DNA from: a bacterium
Lineage (GTDB): Bacteria > Chloroflexota > Anaerolineae > Aggregatilineales > Phototrophicaceae
DNA: 64,000 nt
Direction: 5' to 3'
Assembly (NCBI GenBank): GCA_033764035.1
Contig: JANRJJ010000026.1
Coordinates: 46,840 to 110,839 of the forward strand
This document shows, one piece after another, positions 62,515 to 64,000 of the stretch (within the stretch, counting starts at the first letter, position 1; each line of letters opens with the position of its first letter). The position numbers and the translations under genes are program-made. Under the pieces are notes generated by a model, which was not told where the DNA came from, did not search any database, and saw nothing but the letters and a program-made list of their open reading frames with translations.

Positions 62515-63813
62515 ATGACCGAACACCGGAAACCGCAGATCGTGATCATTGGCGGCGGCTTCGGCGGGCTGAACGCGGCCAAAGCGCTGCGCGATGCGCC
62601 CGCCGACGTGACGCTGATCGACAAACGGAATTTTCATCTGTTTCAGCCGCTTTTGTACCAGGTGGCCACCGGGGCGCTTTCCCCGGCGAACATCGCCGCG
62701 CCGCTGCGCGCACTGGTGGCAGGCCAGGCGAATACCCGCGTGGTACTGGGCGAAGTCGCCGGCTTCGCGCCAGCCGAAAACCGGGTGATCCTGGGCGATG
62801 GCAGCGCGATTCCCTACGACAGCCTGATCGTGGCGGCGGGGATGCGCAACAGCTATTTCGGCAACGATCAATGGGAGCAGTACGCACCGGGGCTGAAAAC
62901 CATCGAGGATGCAACCGATATTCGCGGCCAGTTGTTGACAGCCTTCGAGCGCGCCGAACAGGAACCCGACCCGGATCGGGTGCGGTCGCTGCTCACGTTC
63001 GTGGTGGTGGGCGGCGGGCCAACGGGCGTGGAGCTGGCGGGTGCGCTTTCGGAGATCGCCCGGTACACGCTGCGCGGCAATTTCCGGCGCATCGACCCGG
63101 CGGCAGCACGGATCATCCTGGTCGAAGGGCTGGATCGCGTGTTGTCGAGCTATACCGAAAACCTGTCGGCCTATGCGCGCCGCACCCTGGAAAGCATGGG
63201 AATCGAAGTGCGCCTGGGGACGTTCGTCCAGGCGGTGGATGCCGAAGGCGTGACGGTCAAAACCGGGGAGACGCTCGACCGCATTGAAGCGCAAACCGTG
63301 CTGTGGGGGGCAGGCGTGCGCGCCAGCGAACTGGGCGCGGCGCTGGCGGCAGCCACCAGCGCGGAAACCGACCGCCCAGGCCGCGTGATCGTCGCGCCGG
63401 ATACCAGCATCCCCGGCCACCCGAACATTTTCGTGATTGGCGATCTGGCACACTTCAAAGGCAGTGATGGCAAGCCGCTGCCCGGCGTGGCACAGGTCGC
63501 CATTCAACAGGGCAAATTCGCGGCGGCGGTGATCAAAGCGCGGCTGCGCGGCCAGCCCGCACCGACCCGGTTCGTCTACCGTGATTTAGGCAACATGGCG
63601 ACGATTGGCCGGGCGGCGGCGGTGGCCGACCTGCATCTGTTCAAGCTGAAGGGCGTGATCGGCTGGCTAGCATGGCTGTTCATCCACCTGATGCAGTTGG
63701 TTTCGTTTCAAAACCGGATGCTGGTGTTTCTGCAATGGGCGTGGAGCTACTTCACGCGCAACCGCGCCGCCCGGCTGATCACGGCGGAATACGAGCCGTA
63801 CCGCCCGCAGTGA
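62515..63813 (+). CDS. ndh: Type II NADH dehydrogenase
   Basis: IIGGGFGGL, FQPLLYQVATG, VVGGGPTGVELAG, VIGDLA, QVAIQQG, YRDLGNMATIGR. Confidence 0.92.
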   Translation: MTEHRKPQIVIIGGGFGGLNAAKALRDAPADVTLIDKRNFHLFQPLLYQVATGALSPANIAAPLRALVAGQANTRVVLGEVAGFAPAENRVILGDGSAIPYDSLIVAAGMRNSYFGNDQWEQYAPGLKTIEDATDIRGQLLTAFERAEQEPDPDRVRSLLTFVVVGGGPTGVELAGALSEIARYTLRGNFRRIDPAAARIILVEGLDRVLSSYTENLSAYARRTLESMGIEVRLGTFVQAVDAEGVTVKTGETLDRIEAQTVLWGAGVRASELGAALAAATSAETDRPGRVIVAPDTSIPGHPNIFVIGDLAHFKGSDGKPLPGVAQVAIQQGKFAAAVIKARLRGQPAPTRFVYRDLGNMATIGRAAAVADLHLFKLKGVIGWLAWLFIHLMQLVSFQNRMLVFLQWAWSYFTRNRAARLITAEYEPYRPQ

Positions 63814-63880
63814 CCCTATCAGGCCGAATCGTGGCTATAATCAACCGCAAAGTGACCGTTTTCCGGTAAAGGTCTGGTTT

Positions 63881-64000
63881 ATGCCGCGCGTCGAACATGC
63901 GATTGAAATCCACGCCGCGCCCGACCGGGTGTTCGCAATGGTGGCGAACAACCCGGAACGGATGCCCGATTGGTGGGAATCGTTTGAACTGCAACAGCGT
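63881..64000 (+). CDS. SRPBCC/polyketide cyclase family protein, 3'-truncated
   Basis: Hand translation MPRVEHAIEIHAAPDRVFAMVANNPERMPDWW, a typical SRPBCC N-terminus. Confidence 0.7.
   Translation, partial: MPRVEHAIEIHAAPDRVFAMVANNPERMPDWWESFELQQR

Overview
A 64 kb stretch of a GC-rich bacterial chromosome. Gene content (many multi-GAF proteins, roadblock/LC7, LysM and PD40 surface proteins, Gram-positive-type operators) suggests Chloroflexota, probably Anaerolineae; this is inference, not a database result. About 50 CDS and one tRNA-Leu(UAA) are supported. No transposase, integrase, rRNA or CRISPR array was seen. The main feature is a roughly 23 kb co-directional, tightly coupled signalling cluster (11244-34669). 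It encodes a single-domain receiver, five GAF proteins with no output domain that all end in the same half-GAF tail, and a 2960-aa hybrid kinase with about 11 GAF-like domains. It continues with a threonine-synthase-family PLP enzyme fused to a receiver domain, a second hybrid kinase and an EamA exporter with a cytoplasmic tail. This is my best candidate for an undescribed system: a phosphorelay whose output appears to be a metabolic enzyme, not a transcription factor. Other notable items are a type II R-M pair whose nuclease is frameshifted in a G5 run, a 5x20-bp palindromic array and structured leader upstream of an ornithine/lysine decarboxylase, a stand-alone LexA DNA-binding domain, a P-loop-dead shikimate kinase homologue, a MerR-type 19-bp-spacer promoter and a Rex box before ndh. 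Many start codons were refined by eye and are approximate. All family assignments come from motif recognition, not searches.
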